A stretch of 64,000 nt of DNA from Geosiphon pyriformis uo1 (lineage: Eukaryota; Fungi; Glomeromycota), in NCBI GenBank assembly GCA_016748015.1, contig JAAOMT010000289.1:197639-261638 (forward strand), in the 5' to 3' direction. Below are positions 37,446 to 51,670 of this stretch, piece after piece. Both the position numbers and the translations under genes were made by a program. The first letter of the stretch is position 1, and each line of letters begins with the position of its first letter. A model generated the notes under the pieces. The model was given only the letters and a program-made list of their open reading frames with translations. It ran no database searches and was not told the DNA's origin.

Positions 37446-38849
37446 ACATAATCTATTCTAAGTAATTACTAAAACTAAGAAAAAAATTATTCTTTACAAC
37501 ATGTACTTAGATTCAAATACAGAACACTTTACAAAAAAAGCTATAATTTAATAAACAATTAGTTAGTATTATTGGCCAAAAATGTACATTAATGTTATTT
37601 AATACATTTATAATTGCAATATATATTAAAAAAAAAAAGAATCAAAAGCAACCAAATTGTTATAACCTATTAAAATAGGAAGACTATTTAACAGAGTAGG
37701 AATTAATCTAATAAAATCATTAACTATTATTACCAAAAAGAACCAATATATTGCAATCACTGTAGACTATTTAACAAAATAGCCAGAAGTAAAGGCCATT
37801 AAAACTGCAGATGCTAAATTAATTGCCAATTTCGTGTATAAAAATTTGATCTGTAAACATAATTGTCCAAAAAAGCTACTCTTAGATCAAAAAACCTACT
37901 TTGTAAACAATTTGCTTGCTAAAATTAGTTAATGCTTTAAGATAAAACAACTTTTTTTATTACCTTATCATCTACAAACAAATAGATTGGTAAAACATTT
38001 TAATAGAATATTATATAAATTACTGACAAAAATAAGCAATAAAATAGAACAAGAATGTGATTTATTTATCTCTTTAGTTTTATTGATTTATCAAATACTA
38101 AAATATGATATTACAAAATTCACACCATTTAAATTAGCATGTAAAAGAAATACTATATTATCTATAAAACTAATAATAAACACCTATCTAACAGAATCTA
38201 TAAATAAGATTAATTTATAAGAAATTATTAAAAGACAGACTTACAAATTGTTAGAAAAACTAAAAAACAATTACTAATATGTAATCAATAATATTGAGTA
38301 CTTTCAAGAACAACAAAAAGTTTAACATAATAGTAAACTCCAAAACAACTTATTGTCTACAAAATAGGAAACAAAGTTTTATTATATTGAATAAAAACAA
38401 AAAAACAATAAAGCAAAAAATTTAACAACAAATAAAATGAACTCTTCTATGTTCATAATATCTTGGATAATAGAGCATAAAAGTTATATTTAAATAATAA
38501 AATTTTGAAAAAAGTTATACACAATAACCAATTAAAAATCTACTATTAACAATAATTATCTGATTTGTTAATACTCAAATTAAAAACACATATATCAATT
38601 GTGTTTTTTAACCAAATTTCATAAGACTTAAAACCAATAGTAATTATTGAACATTATTTAAAAGACAATTAATTTAATCAATTATATTTGAATTATTATC
38701 ATTAATATTTAAAAAATAAAGAATTAAAACAATCTTAAAAATAGTTAAAAAAATCAAAAATATTAAATTATTAAAGAAATCTCTTTAAAATTTTAATATA
38801 TAAAAATAATTTAATTTAGTATTTATTTATTATTTATTTATTTTATTAT

Positions 38850-39420
38850 AAATATATCTGAAAATATTATAAATAATTATTCTTAATAATTTTAAAATAT
38901 TGTATTGAAAAAAAAATTCAGCCATATGAAAAAATGAGCCAAACACAAATTGTTTTAATTCTTACTATGAAAAACAAAAAATGCCAACATATTGATCAAT
39001 AAAATTATAAAAAAATCTCAGCTTTTAAAAAATACAATGTCCAAAGAAGAAACAAACTTAATTGTTTTTTTTTGCTATATATACTTCATAATAGCCACAC
39101 AATTAGACTTTTAAACAATTTACACTAAGAAAAATAGTAAAAAAATTGACAAAACAAAACTCCAGAAGTTTGAAAAACTAACTAAAAAAAGCAATTCTAA
39201 ACACTATTTTAGAGCAGCATATCAATTCTATATTCTGTTTTAATATTTTTCAGAAGTATTGTTAACAAACAAAATAAACATATTCACTCTTAATAGAATT
39301 AAAAGACTTATTAACAATAAATTTCAAAATTTGCAAAAACAAATAGTTCAAACAAATATACAGACTTTTATATTAGATGTCAACATTAAAAAAATACACA
39401 TTAATTTTGATAGAGCTTAA
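38850..39420 (+). pseudogene. Element H extra ORF3
   Basis: ..CYIYFIIATQLDF*TIYTKK...YFRAAYQFYILF*YFSEVLL...FTLNRIKRLINNKFQNLQKQIVQT...NFDRA* ending before the PPT; start approximate. Confidence 0.65.
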
Positions 39421-40915
39421 TCTTAAGAAAAAAATAATATTACCTAATAGAAATTAGCAAAAATCAAAAGTAATAATATTGTAATATATTAACCAATTAT
39501 TAAATAACAGTATAAATAGCACAGATCAACAAATAAAATTAAAAAACATAATATGTACATAATAATATGCAAAATGTACACAAATGCACTTAATTTAACA
39601 TAATTATAAACAAATAAGCCAAAAAATATTTACAATCAAACAAAAAGCCCAATAGCTTAGCAATTACTTACTAATTAGTTAAAATAGACACAATTATGTA
39701 TAACTTGAAATCTGTATATTTATAATAGCTTTCTAACTAAAAAAAAGACAAATAAGAAGAAAAAATAATAAAAAACAAAAAGTTAATTAAACAAAATAAA
39801 AACAAAAAAAAGTGAAAGAATTAGATTATAATTTGGTTTTCCATGAATAATTTAAAGGACCACTATTTTTTTTACTATTGCTTTTTTATTAAAAAAAAAC
39901 AATAGTGGAAATATTTAATATGCTAACAAAAGCATAAATAAGATCTAAGCTTAACAAAATTGAAAACATATTAAAAAGATATTAAATACATAAAATTACT
40001 TAAAAAATACTTGTAATAACTTGGCTAAAATTAACAGTTAACTTAAAAATCTCTTTATATCTTTAGAAAAATAATCTTTGATTAAGATTATTTTATGAAT
40101 ACTAATTTGTGTTAAATTTTACTTTTTATTTTAATTCTTTTTGAATTTATTAGAAATAGAATATCACTTTATTATAAGTAAAAAAATACAGACATTTGAT
40201 ATTAGTATAAGATAAAAAAAATATCTCTATAAGAGTCTTAAAGAAAGATACAATCAAAAATGTAAAAATACAACAATAATTTTCCTTGAAAACCTAGTAT
40301 GGCAGCAGTTATTAATAGCAATTTTGATGAAAGCATTATGTTACACACAAAATTCAATAACAAAGACACTTACTAGAAGAAATTATTCAATATTTGTTAG
40401 AAAGTTAAGAAAATTTACTGAATTAATCTTCAAATTCTTAAATAAGAGAATAATAATAATATATTAAACAAAAATCCAGTATATATTAAAAGTAACACTA
40501 ATTAAGACAAATATACTTATTTTTATGTTAAAATTAAATAATTTATTATATCATCACTTGATCTAAAAAGCTATAAAAATTAATTATAGTACAATTATTA
40601 AAGAAAAAAAAACATTTATAACAATATTTTCTAAAACTAACACTTTTTTAAAATTTATTTTTATTAAAATTATCATCCAAAATTACAAAAAAAACCTTAT
40701 TAATAGTTTTAAAAATTAATATATTAATATTTTTATTAAATTAAGATATGTAATTATAATAATATTAGTATAAATTTCCAAAATAAACACTAAAAGTTTG
40801 TTCTTAAATAATAATTTAATAGATAAAAATTAATTATTGATTTTAATAATCTTATATATATATTTAACCAAGTTATTATTTATGATAATAACAATACCAA
40901 AGCCCAAATAACTAG

Positions 40916-41789
40916 TATTATAAGTTGGTTTTCTTGGTATAATAAATGTGAATATTTTGTTTTAATTGTAATTAGTTTTTTATAAATTTTTTAATTTTAT
41001 TTGTGTAATAATATTGATATTATATTAAAACTTTTTTTTTAATATTACAATATAAATTATTTTTTTATTTTTTTATTTTTAATTGTTGTATGTATTTATG
41101 TACTTTTTTTCAAAGACTAAAATAAAATATACTTGCTGTTTTGGGATTTTTTCTGAAACTATTTTTGTAATTGTCTAATATGTTTCTCTAATCTAAAAAC
41201 ATGAATTATTAATAGTTTTTAGTACTTTTATTAATTTTTATAATAAAGCTTTTATCAATTAATAACAACATAAATAATCTTGATCAATAATTGTTTTTTC
41301 AAAAAATTTAATTGATAAATAATAGTTTTATTCAATAAATAACACAAGTAAATATTTTAATATTTTAAATTATAATAATTCTGTTTTTAATATTATTTCT
41401 GATTTTTTTTTGATTTAAAAATTTTTTTGAATATTTTATTAAAAGTAAAAGCAAATAAATAATTAAAATAAAAAATTAAAATTTGACAAAATTAAACTAT
41501 TAAATAAATTGTTGTTTTTCTTAATATTAAAGCTATTATATATATATATATATTTGTAGTTTTACAAAAAAACATATTATAATACTCTTTTTTTAATATC
41601 TTAACTTAGTATTTGCTATTATTATTAATTAGTATTTATTATTATTATAAACTAATATTTGCTGCTATTATAAAATAATACCTGCTATTATATTAATTAT
41701 TACTTTTTTAAAATTATTACTATACTATATTATAATTGAATAATTTAAATTATTTTATAATTTTTTTGCTAAATTTTTAAACTATAATA
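40916..41789 (-). mobile_element. Solo LTR M (very eroded) inserted in the old LINE's APE domain
   Basis: TATTAT...ATAATA ends and TSD CTAG/CCAG; removing it restores LINE codons NSG|YLG; (TA)n at ~41535-41553; orientation tentative. Confidence 0.62.
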
Positions 41790-44117
41790 CCAGAATTTAA
41801 ATTGGAAATGTAAATTTAAATACTATTAAACTTATTTATAATTTATAAATAGATTTTGCTTTTTAATTTAATTTTAATAACAATAGAAATTAAATTGTTT
41901 TTATATTTATGCCACTTAAATATGTTATTTTGTTTAATAAAATTGTTTATTTTATGTATGTTATATATAACAATTTTTTAAATAAGACTAATCATTGAAA
42001 AAATAAAAAAATAGACATATTAAAAACTAAAACCAAATTATTAAATCTGGTTATTAAGTTTATAATTAACTTAAATAGATTTTTAATTTGAAATTCTAAT
42101 TTAATTATATTTAAAAAAGCTAAAAAACTTAATATTATTACAGTTTTGCTATTAGTAACTATATTTAAATTTTTTCCTATTATTATATCTTTTATTTAAT
42201 CTTATAATAAAAAAGTTATCAATAGCTAATATTTAAAATTAAACTAAAAAAATATTAGTATATGTGTATTTAATCTTTTAGCTAATTTATTAATCTGTTT
42301 TATAAGATTAATAAAATTGTGTTTTAAGATTAAAAATTGTAATTTCAAATCTATATATATTAGTAAAGAAGATTTAATAACAAAAGCCAAATTAAAATTT
42401 AATAAAAAATTTATAAAAGCTTAAAAGTATATATACTAATAATTAATACTTAAATTTTGTTTTTAAAAAATATTAAACAAAAAATTAAAACAGTTTTTTT
42501 GACATAAATATTTGCCAATCTAACTTTATTTAATTTTGACAAAAAAATTTATTTTTGAATTATATATTAACCAATAATAAAAAGATCTATATATAAAAAA
42601 AATATAACCAAATTTCTTATAAATTAACTATTATGTTAAAATTAAATAAGACCAATAAAAAAAAATATTTTTTATAATAAAAATTATAGACATAGTTTTT
42701 AAAAGGCTATTTTTAAAATCAAAATATACAAAAACATAACAAGTTTTAAAATAAATAATTAAATTTCAATTAATAAAACAGATTTTTTTATTGTTAAAAA
42801 GAACAAAATTTTACAGATTATATATATTTGTGTCAATAAAAAGAATATAAAGCAATATTCTGTACAAATTTTTTTATTTTATAATTGTTTATTAATATCA
42901 GTTTTAATTATATAAATAGTATTTTTTTCTAATAAAAATAAACTATTGAAATGTTAAAAAATTAGTTTGTTTTTGATTATTAAATTTTACAACAGTTTTT
43001 TATTGCTTTATCAACTGTATTTAATTAATTTAATAATATTATAATTAGTTAATACAGTTTATATAGTTTTTAGAAATATTTCTATAGAAATTTTTTTAAT
43101 TATACTGTTTGATTTATTTAATTGTTTATTGGATATTTGAAATCAATATTTATCACAACATTTTAATTATTTATTAAATTTACTGTTGTTATTATTGTTT
43201 TTTTAAAAGTAAAAGATATTTAAATTATTTTATCAAACTTTAAAAAAATAAAACTTTTGCAAAATTATTTATACCAAAGAAAAATTTTTTAATAATCTTT
43301 AATTTCTCTTAAGATAATTTTTTAAATATTATTAAGAAATTAATATTTAAAACAAAAGACTTACAGATTAGAATATTAATTAAAAACTTTAAAAAAAGAA
43401 AAAAAAGTTATTTAATACATTATTATTATAATTGCTATTAATGTTAAAATTAATTTGTTCAAAAAGTTTTTTAAATACACACTTTAAAACAATTTTTTTT
43501 GGTTTTTTAAAAGTTATATTACTATTTTTTGTTCTAAATTATTATTATTTTTAAGCTAAAAACTGGTTTTTTTTTAAAAACTCTTTATTTATATTTATAT
43601 TTTCTGTTTTAATGGTGTTTTTAACATCTAAAACAGCTATTTTATTAGTTAAAAATACATCTTAAGAAGTATTAAGACTAATTATAATAGCAGATTTTTT
43701 TAAAATTATTATCTTTACATTTTTTTTTAGTTAATAAATCTGTAATTACTAAGTTAATACCAAATTTTTTTTTGATTTTTTTATATTTAAATTACTATTT
43801 ATGTTAACAGCTTTGTAATTAAACAAAAAAAGGTTTAAAATATTAAATTAAATAATAAAATATAAAAAAATCAAAAAGCTTCTTTTAGAAATATCACTTT
43901 TTTTTGGAAAATTTAGAATATAAAAAAAAAATGTTTTTTTAGATTTTTTATGATCTTTTTTAGTATTATTTAAATATACAAATTATAATTTATTTTATTA
44001 AAATTATTTATTTTTAATATTTAAATTATTATTAATAATAAATATTAATAATATTTATTTAAAAAACTTAACAATATTAAAATAATAGTTTTTGATTATA
44101 ATATAAATAAAATACTA

Positions 44118-44118
44118 G

Positions 44119-44157
<39 letters not shown>

Positions 44158-44200
44158 GTTATTGTTGTTGTTGTTTTGTTTTGTTTTGTTTTGTTTGTTA
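44118..44200. repeat. Compound microsatellite (TTA)n(TTG)n(TTTTG)n
   Basis: Read directly from the sequence. Confidence 0.9.
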
Positions 44201-44650
44201 TTTATATTAATTAGTTAAAAAAAAGTATTAAGATTATAACATTAAGAATTTTTTAATAAAAAACACAAAAATAAACATAAAATTAAACTTATTAATAATT
44301 AGATTACTTATTAAAAAAGTAATAAAAATCAAAATAAACTGGTTATTATGTTTAAAAAATAAAATGCCAAATATTATTAATTATTATAACTTAAATTTTT
44401 GTTAATTATACAAAAAACTTAATTTTTAAAATTTTTAAATCTATCAAAATCTTTAAAATTATTTATTAAATTACAATATTAATTTATAACTATTTAATCA
44501 TATAATTATTTATTTATTTATTTTTTATTTTATTAATAAGTACAGCTTAACTACTATTTAGTATACAGAAACAAAGCAAAATACATCAAACTAAATATGG
44601 CTCATGTATTATCTAAATATGACCAGCCACTCAGACCAATCAAGACAATA

Positions 44651-47600
44651 CTATATACCAATAAAAACTTTTGTATCATTGTTTAAACCAGAAAATAACA
44701 TATATTATTTTTGTAAGCCAAAATTAATAGCAAAAGATTCAGCAATACCAAGCAAGTAAATCACTCTTTTAAACAAAAAGCTAGACAAACTATACAATAA
44801 AACAAAAATCTTATTTGTATTATAAACCAGACCATTTTTCTTCATATTTACCCTAAACTTAGATTTTAGCAATCAAGAATTATTACAATAGTTATTAGCC
44901 AAATAGCAAACAAAATTGATCATTACTAACACCACTCTTTTTTTATTAGTAAAAATAAATAATGTCTCCTTAACCCATTCTCTAAAAACAAAATTTTTAC
45001 ACAAGACAATATACATATCAACATTAGAGATTTCTAAAAAAATATGTAACACTAATAATAATATTAGAAGATAATCTTTTACTGAGGATTTCCACAATTC
45101 AACATAACTAAACACAATATTAAAACATACAAAGACATCTGCAAAACAAGTAAAAACATAATCAGATAATTCCATATCATCACATATTAAACATAAAATG
45201 CTTAAATAATTTTTGTTATACAGTTTTTTATGAACAGCCACCAGCAATTTTCTGTAAACAGTCTTTATTAGATATATATATAGAATAGTCAACTTTTTAC
45301 TGGTAAATTCAGCCAACATATGAAAATTAGAATGCCAAACTGAAGCAATACATTCTCAATTTACACACTAGATAACTAAGCTGTCTAAAACATCTGTACT
45401 AAAACCTGCTTTCTATAAAGCCTGACACATAATCTGGTAAATATTCTGAATAAAATGACAAGTATTACCTAAGACAATTAAACTATCTGCAACAAGAAAC
45501 TTCTTATAAATTCCAACAAAAAAAACCAGACTTAACTGTACTACAACACAGGCCAGAATATCTGCATAATTATTATCTATAATGCTTAAATAACCTTTTA
45601 TTTTAATCTATCTTACTAAAATGTCTTTAGATTTAATCAAATTAGTAACATGATGTCTTTTTACTTAATACTTGTTTCAAAAATTAGGCTAATTTTGTTT
45701 ACATTTCAATAAATATACAGCCAAGACTGTTTAGCTATCCATATGTAAAACAACTGTACAAGATAAGAAAATACATTCCAAAGCCAAAACAATTGCCTGT
45801 AATTCCAATAATGTAGAGAACAACAATTCATATATCTTAATACCAACACTCATCTTAATTTCAAAAAAGTAAGTTGCAGCTCCATAAGTAATATCTTTTG
45901 TATTCAGATCTTTCAGTAAATTATTTGTGTAAATATTTATTGCTCCAGCCCAATCTCATGCAAATGTTTGCAAATATCTAAGAATTTACCTAAGCAAAAA
46001 AAATTAAAGCAGTTCAAGTCAACAGTACTACTACCAAACTCTAATAAGCAATTATTTATATATGCTAAAGTCTTATTAAACCAGATTGGTACCAGATTTT
46101 TCAAACTCTATTTTTTTCAACACTAAAAAGTTTTCCAATTCATGACCAGATCATGTTTGGTTAGCAAACAATTTCTAAAAACTATACTGAAATGTTTCAG
46201 AAAATACACCACATCAAAATAGTAAGTCTTTTCCAAAATTTTTAACATTAAATAGTGACTAGAACCATGAAACACACAAGATAAATTATTGGCCAAAGAA
46301 GTTTTAGTGTCCAGAAAAATCCTTATAACTTCTGCCAAAAAATTATTTATAGGATTGACTTTTAGCTTAATTAGGTATTGCAAAAAATTTAGAAGTATTC
46401 ATCTCAAAACTTGCAAATCTAAAGCATAATACTTAAACAAATGGCCAAAAATCCCTGACAAATTAGAAAATCCAATCACCAAAGCTACCTTGGCTTCAGT
46501 CTGTATTTGTTCAAAAAACTTCAAACCATAAAAAAATGGATAATATAATGTTTTATTGGAAAAATCTTTTGGCAAATAAGCTTTAAATTTGAGCCTCTTC
46601 CTTATTATAGTATTCTATTTCCAACACACATTTTTAGCAACAAAACTGAATTGTATACAATAACTAATAATAGACTGTAAAACTGCTGAAACCAGATAAG
46701 AAAATTGTTTATTAAATATTGTCTTCTTGATAATTATATTTGAAAAAAACTTGATATTAAATTGTACTTTAACAAGACTTGGCTTAAACAATCTCTCTAT
46801 TAATAAAAAAATACCCAAGTATCTATGAGATTTACTACTTTTAGCAATAAAAATAGATAGCCTACTGATGTGTAATAAAGCATCAAATACTCTCTGGTTG
46901 ATAGAAATAATAACAGTCTTATCATTATTAATTAAAATATCATTAATTCTAAAAAACTTATTAACAATATTCAGAATATACTGAATTAAAACCTAACTAT
47001 TTTCCATCCATATTGTATTATCAACAAAAGCATTAGCTGTAAAAAATGAGGATTTACTATTATTATCTTCTATCTGATCAGTTTTAGCTATGAAATTGAA
47101 GTTGATTCTATACTTATATAAATGCTCTTGTCTCTTAATCTTACACAGTAACAGATCATAAAAAATCTTTCAGAAAAGTGGAGAAAAAATCTCACCCTAA
47201 TTCAGCCTATCATAAACCTTGTAACTATCTAAAAAACTGAAATTAGTTATTATTTTATTAAATCTGTTTTCATGGATGTTTCTAAAAAATCTTATAAATC
47301 TATTGCACATTTTAATATGTTTTAGACTGAATCTTAAATAATGCTATCCAACAAAATTATAGGCTTTGCACATGTTCTGCAAAACCAACCAGATTTTTTG
47401 ACCTTTTTCCAATACATTCTTAATTATTAAACCAATAGCAAAAACAGAAGATTAAGTTGAAATACTTCTTAAGACTGAAAAATTATTATCATAAAGAATG
47501 TTAAACTTACTACAAACAGATAAAATCTGATCTAATAGAATTTTGGACAGAATTTTTTTCACTGTTTTTATTAATGCAATTGGTCAGGTGTTGGTAGAAT

Positions 47601-49333
47601 GCTATTTTAATTATAGAGTTTAGGAATTATAGAAACTCAAGCTTTCTTCTATGGAACTAGAATATTACTAAGTCTTAAACAAGAATTCAACAGATCCAAA
47701 AAACAAACCATTACATTATTGTTACAATGTTTCCACAACTCATTAGATATGCCAAAAAAACCAATAGCTTTGTTATCAGGTAATTCACAAATGACCAAAA
47801 ATAATTCATCCAAACCAATATCACTTATTATATCAGAGAAAGCATCATTTTTAACATATTTCAAAAGAGCATATTGACAAGCCCACAAACCAGACAAAAC
47901 TAAAAAAACTTTCTACTTACAAGTCCAGTTTAATATGATTCTATTCATTTCAATCTTTATCTCATCTGATTCTAAAATTAAATCATTTTTAATCATCAAA
48001 TAATCCAAAACAACTTTGTAAAATAGTTACTCCAAAACACTTCTTATCATGTTACTCTTATTCAAACTGAAACTTTCCATCTGTTTTTCAACTGCATCTC
48101 TAATAGATTTACTCTTGGCTATTTTAGACTTATAATACTTTGACTTATGATATCCTTTCTTAACTTTTGATAAATGTCCACTTAATTTAATTAATCTTAC
48201 ACCATTCTGGAACATGACAATAATCTTAAAAGCCTTAATATTATTAAGACTTAATCACATTCTAACAAGTCAATTGAACTTAAACATCTTACTTAAACTT
48301 AAACACTTCATTAACTTAATAATTAGTAATTCCAGCTTGAAAAACTTTGAAAATTGTTTGTTTCTTAAGCAGTTAAAGTCACAAAACCAATGTCTAAAAA
48401 ACATTTTATTAGTTAAATTACATACAACACTCTTCAAAATTTTTCACATCTCATCCAGATTTTCTATGGTCTTAGTAGTCACAAAATTACACATAGCTGT
48501 AGACAAATTATTTGAAAAATAGTTTTTAAACTACATCTATTTGGCCTCATTTGCACCTTTAAAATAAAATTTCTAATGATTTTTATTAGTTTGTTTGCAA
48601 GCACTATTCAAATAAGCATTTAACAAACTTTTTAATCCAACCAACACTACAACTACCATGTAATCAGTATTAAAAAATTCTAATACAGAGCCAATTTTAT
48701 GCCCAACAATAGCCGAAAACAGACTTTTATCCACAAAAATATAATTTATAATCTTTTTGATTCTTCTGAAATTGCTCTAAGTAAAAAATTTATTCAAAGA
48801 ATGGCCACCAAACAAATTAATTAAACTCATGTCCAAACATTTCCTGAAACTTGCACTTTTTTTAGAGTTATTTTCATTGAAGTTACCACTCAAAATCACA
48901 AATGAATTAGTATTAATAGCCTTAAAAATAATTAAGTTAATACTAAAAGCCTAAGAATATCAAAGTTTAGCTGATACATTAACATATAAACCTAAAAACA
49001 TAACTGAAAGCTTATTTTTAAACAACAATCAAACAGAAATAACTCTGCAAAGAATCTCTTCAACTTTTGAAACATAATAAGACAGGAAACAGTTTATAAT
49101 AACAGCTACACCCATATCAAGAAAATTTTCATTAAGACTAGAACTAAAAATACAAACATCTTTAAATTTATTCTTGATTTATAGCTTAATATTAAATTTT
49201 AACTTAGTTTTAGTAAGAATAGAAACTATGTTGTCAAACTTCAAATGTCAACAAACAATGTCTTCTTGTTTTGCCAAGTTTGTCATACTCTTAATATTAT
49301 ACATAGTTACTTTTCAGATGAGGTTGGTTATTG
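44651..49333 (-). pseudogene. LINE ORF2 (APE endonuclease, RT, RNase H, C-terminal zinc finger)
   Basis: APE: KVTMYNIKSMTNLAKQEDIVC*H, ILVGNFNEN, KIINYIF, TDY. RT: RYLGIF, FVDNTIW (~47010-47030). RNase H: IYTNNLL..GAATYF, ELQAIVLAL, DS, IKGYLSIIDNNYADILA (~45550-45940). Zinc finger: CLICDDMELSDYVFTC. Confidence 0.88.
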
Positions 49334-50402
49334 AAAAGAAAGAAAAGCCAAAAAACCTAAACCAGTACACAACTGATTTAATTTCACTAACACTAAATAT
49401 ACAAAAGCATTAAGAGCCAACAACTTTGACTTCAAACTGCTCACTTTGGTGGTCAAGATCTTAGAGTTATTTAAGCTTAAAGTTGAAGTCCTATCAATTA
49501 CAACTAAAGAATAAAGTGTAAAAAACACATGGAGAACATTCATAGCCACATCCAAATCTGTATTTAAGACCAAAGACACAACAGCAACAAAAGGAGAAGA
49601 TTGAGAGGCAGACACTTGTGGTACCAAATTAATAATATTCAATTTCTTAACAATGTTTAACATTTAGTCCAAGAAGCATTTCACAATAACCAAACAAAAA
49701 TCAATTGATATAATATTTTAAGTAACTGAGATGTTTCTAATATTGTGTAGTACACCAGAAAAAGAGAAAAAACCAGAACCAAAACTGAGACCAAAATGAG
49801 AATTATTAGAGAAAACAACAAGAAAAACCACCTAGGCTCAAAATTTGTCATCAAAGGCAACAGAATAAGAGATTAAAATGCTTTTTTTCACATACAACTT
49901 AACAAGCTAGAAGTAATTCTCTTTTGAAACAACCTTTTTATAAGTTTTTTATAAAAATAATAGAACAAACACACTTAATACATTATATTTAAGAGCTAAA
50001 TGTTCAAAATGTTCATGCTTTTCACACTAAACCAAATTTATCCTAGCCTATAAGAGTTTTATATTACCAAAAATTGGTTCAGTGTAAAAAACAGACTTTA
50101 ATTTCTCATTCAAATCAAAACTAATAATAACACAATAAACATAATTGCCAAATTTAAGTAAGTAATTAATAATGCAAGTTTTTTTACCAGTTTTATCCAC
50201 TAAATTGCTAAGATCATAAGCTGTTGTTCCTATGAGTAGAATAAACAAAAGTGCTCTAAAACAATCTCTAAACATCCAATTATCTTGATTCTTTATAGCT
50301 ATAGCAACACATACAAAATTTTTCTCAATCAGAAATAATTATTTTAAAGCTAACTGTTCAGTCTAACCCAATTTAGCAAATTCAATCACTGCTTTTTGCT
50401 AT
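49328..50402 (-). pseudogene. LINE ORF1 C-terminal part (continues at 58213-58385)
   Basis: ORFs 50048-50275 and 49328-49663; CCHC remnant at ~49985-50030; coiled coil. Confidence 0.8.
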
Positions 50403-50489
50403 TGTTATAGTTGAAACTTATACTTCTTATTAATTATCACATGTATTAGCCACTAATGTCACATAAATTAGCCATTCTATTTTTAGATA

Positions 50490-50625
50490 GTGATCATTGA
50501 CCTGATCAATGACTTGACCATTGATCTGATTATTGACTTGATTATTGACCTAATCAATGACCTGATCAATAACCTAATCATTAACTTGATTATTGATTTA
50601 GTCATTAACTTGATCATTAATCACT
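50490..50625 (+). repeat. U3 tandem array of 12-nt TTGACCTGATCA-type units (also 57552-57685)
   Basis: About 10-11 degenerate copies with the palindromic core TGATCA in both J LTRs. Confidence 0.88.
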
Positions 50626-51670
50626 TTTGATAGCTATATAAGTGATGAATTTTTTAGCTGTGAAGAAGCACATTCAAAGTAATAAAGAATAAATAAAATA
50701 ACAACTTTCATCTCAATTATTCTCTTATTGCTAAATTTCTTTTCTCTGCCTTCAAGTATCTGAACATCTTAAAGATAAAAGATTACTTATTGGTCTTTAC
50801 CTACCTTTTTTCTAAAACGTATAAGTGTAGCATTTGAAGATTATTAAATAAAACATGACTAAAAAACACATTTAATACTTGATATTGAATTCTAAGAGTG
50901 CTGACATGAGGCATAGAATTATACTAAGTGTGATTATTTGTTGACAGTACAGACTATCCCTTTACCTTCAGATTCCCCAGTTATCTTTGAAAAGTATAAC
51001 AACTGAGATATTTTATGAGACTGATCTCACACATTGAATCTATACTTATTCAATTCGCTTTTTAAAGTTGAATTCTCTTTGATTCCTTTTATCATCCTAC
51101 AATCCTGTTCTCCCTTGCTATCCGTTAACTTGTTACTCCAACTCGTAACATAAAAGTGGTGCTCCCTGTGAGGTTGTCAAAATCCACTTTGTTTCTTATT
51201 GTATAGGTGATTATTCATATCTGCCACAACAATCAGAAGAACACTTTAAAGCACATAACAAAAATGATCTAGACTTTATTGAACTCAATCCTTTGCCTTT
51301 CTGCTTGATTTGCTTCCTCATTGAAAAACAATCCAGCAGACAATTTCAAAACTTTTGGAACTGGTTCCTGAATGAGCATACAGCTGAAACCTACACAGCT
51401 TATACAACCTATTACTTTGATTAAGCTTATTTTGAAGACAACTTTGAAGAAAGAAACAACAGTATCAATCAGCTTTTATATTCTGTAACTTTTAAACAAC
51501 AGCCCCCTGATTTCGAATATTTGAATCATCAAATCCACATTTAGATTGCTGCCCATTAATCAACAGAAACTCCTCTTGAAACAGAAGAAGAAAGCTATCA
51601 AACCACTCCTGTTTTTGATCTCTTTTCAAGTGAATCAGAACACTTCACACAAACTGTTACACCTGAATCA

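Larger units (their letters stand above)
31248..40623 (+). mobile_element. Ty3/Gypsy element H (dUTPase-type, Gag largely missing), containing solo LTR I
   Basis: ~1.2-kb LTRs at ~31248-32488 and 39438-40623; PBS tggtatttactctaagag at 32491; protease ~32780, Cys-rich ~33380-33975, dUTPase ~34150-34530, RT ~35100-35900, IN ~37450-38660, ORF3 ending 39420. Left edge approximate. Confidence 0.85.
26293..43900 (-). mobile_element. Old, extremely AT-eroded LINE that hosts A, the HAL1-like element, H and solo LTR M
   Basis: Minus-strand remnants collinear with the LINE at 44510-58385: ORF1 (~42000-43800), APE start MISLI*KIVIYNI..KQNNIFKWHK (~41790-41995), APE ..ILDDNFNK (40624-40915), APE end/linker (30482-31247) and RT N-terminus (26293-26622). 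5' end approximate. Confidence 0.72.

Noticed and set aside
40624-43900. AT desert as a non-coding centromere core or replication origin
   Set aside because: Minus-strand translation still recovers LINE ORF1 and APE motifs plus a solo LTR, so the composition is explained by mutational erosion. A centromeric location is neither shown nor excluded.
50490-50625. Regular short repeats resembling a CRISPR array (also 5605-5765, 18295-18465)
   Set aside because: The units are contiguous and degenerate with no unique spacers, lie inside LTR U3 regions duplicated at both element ends, and have no cas genes nearby.
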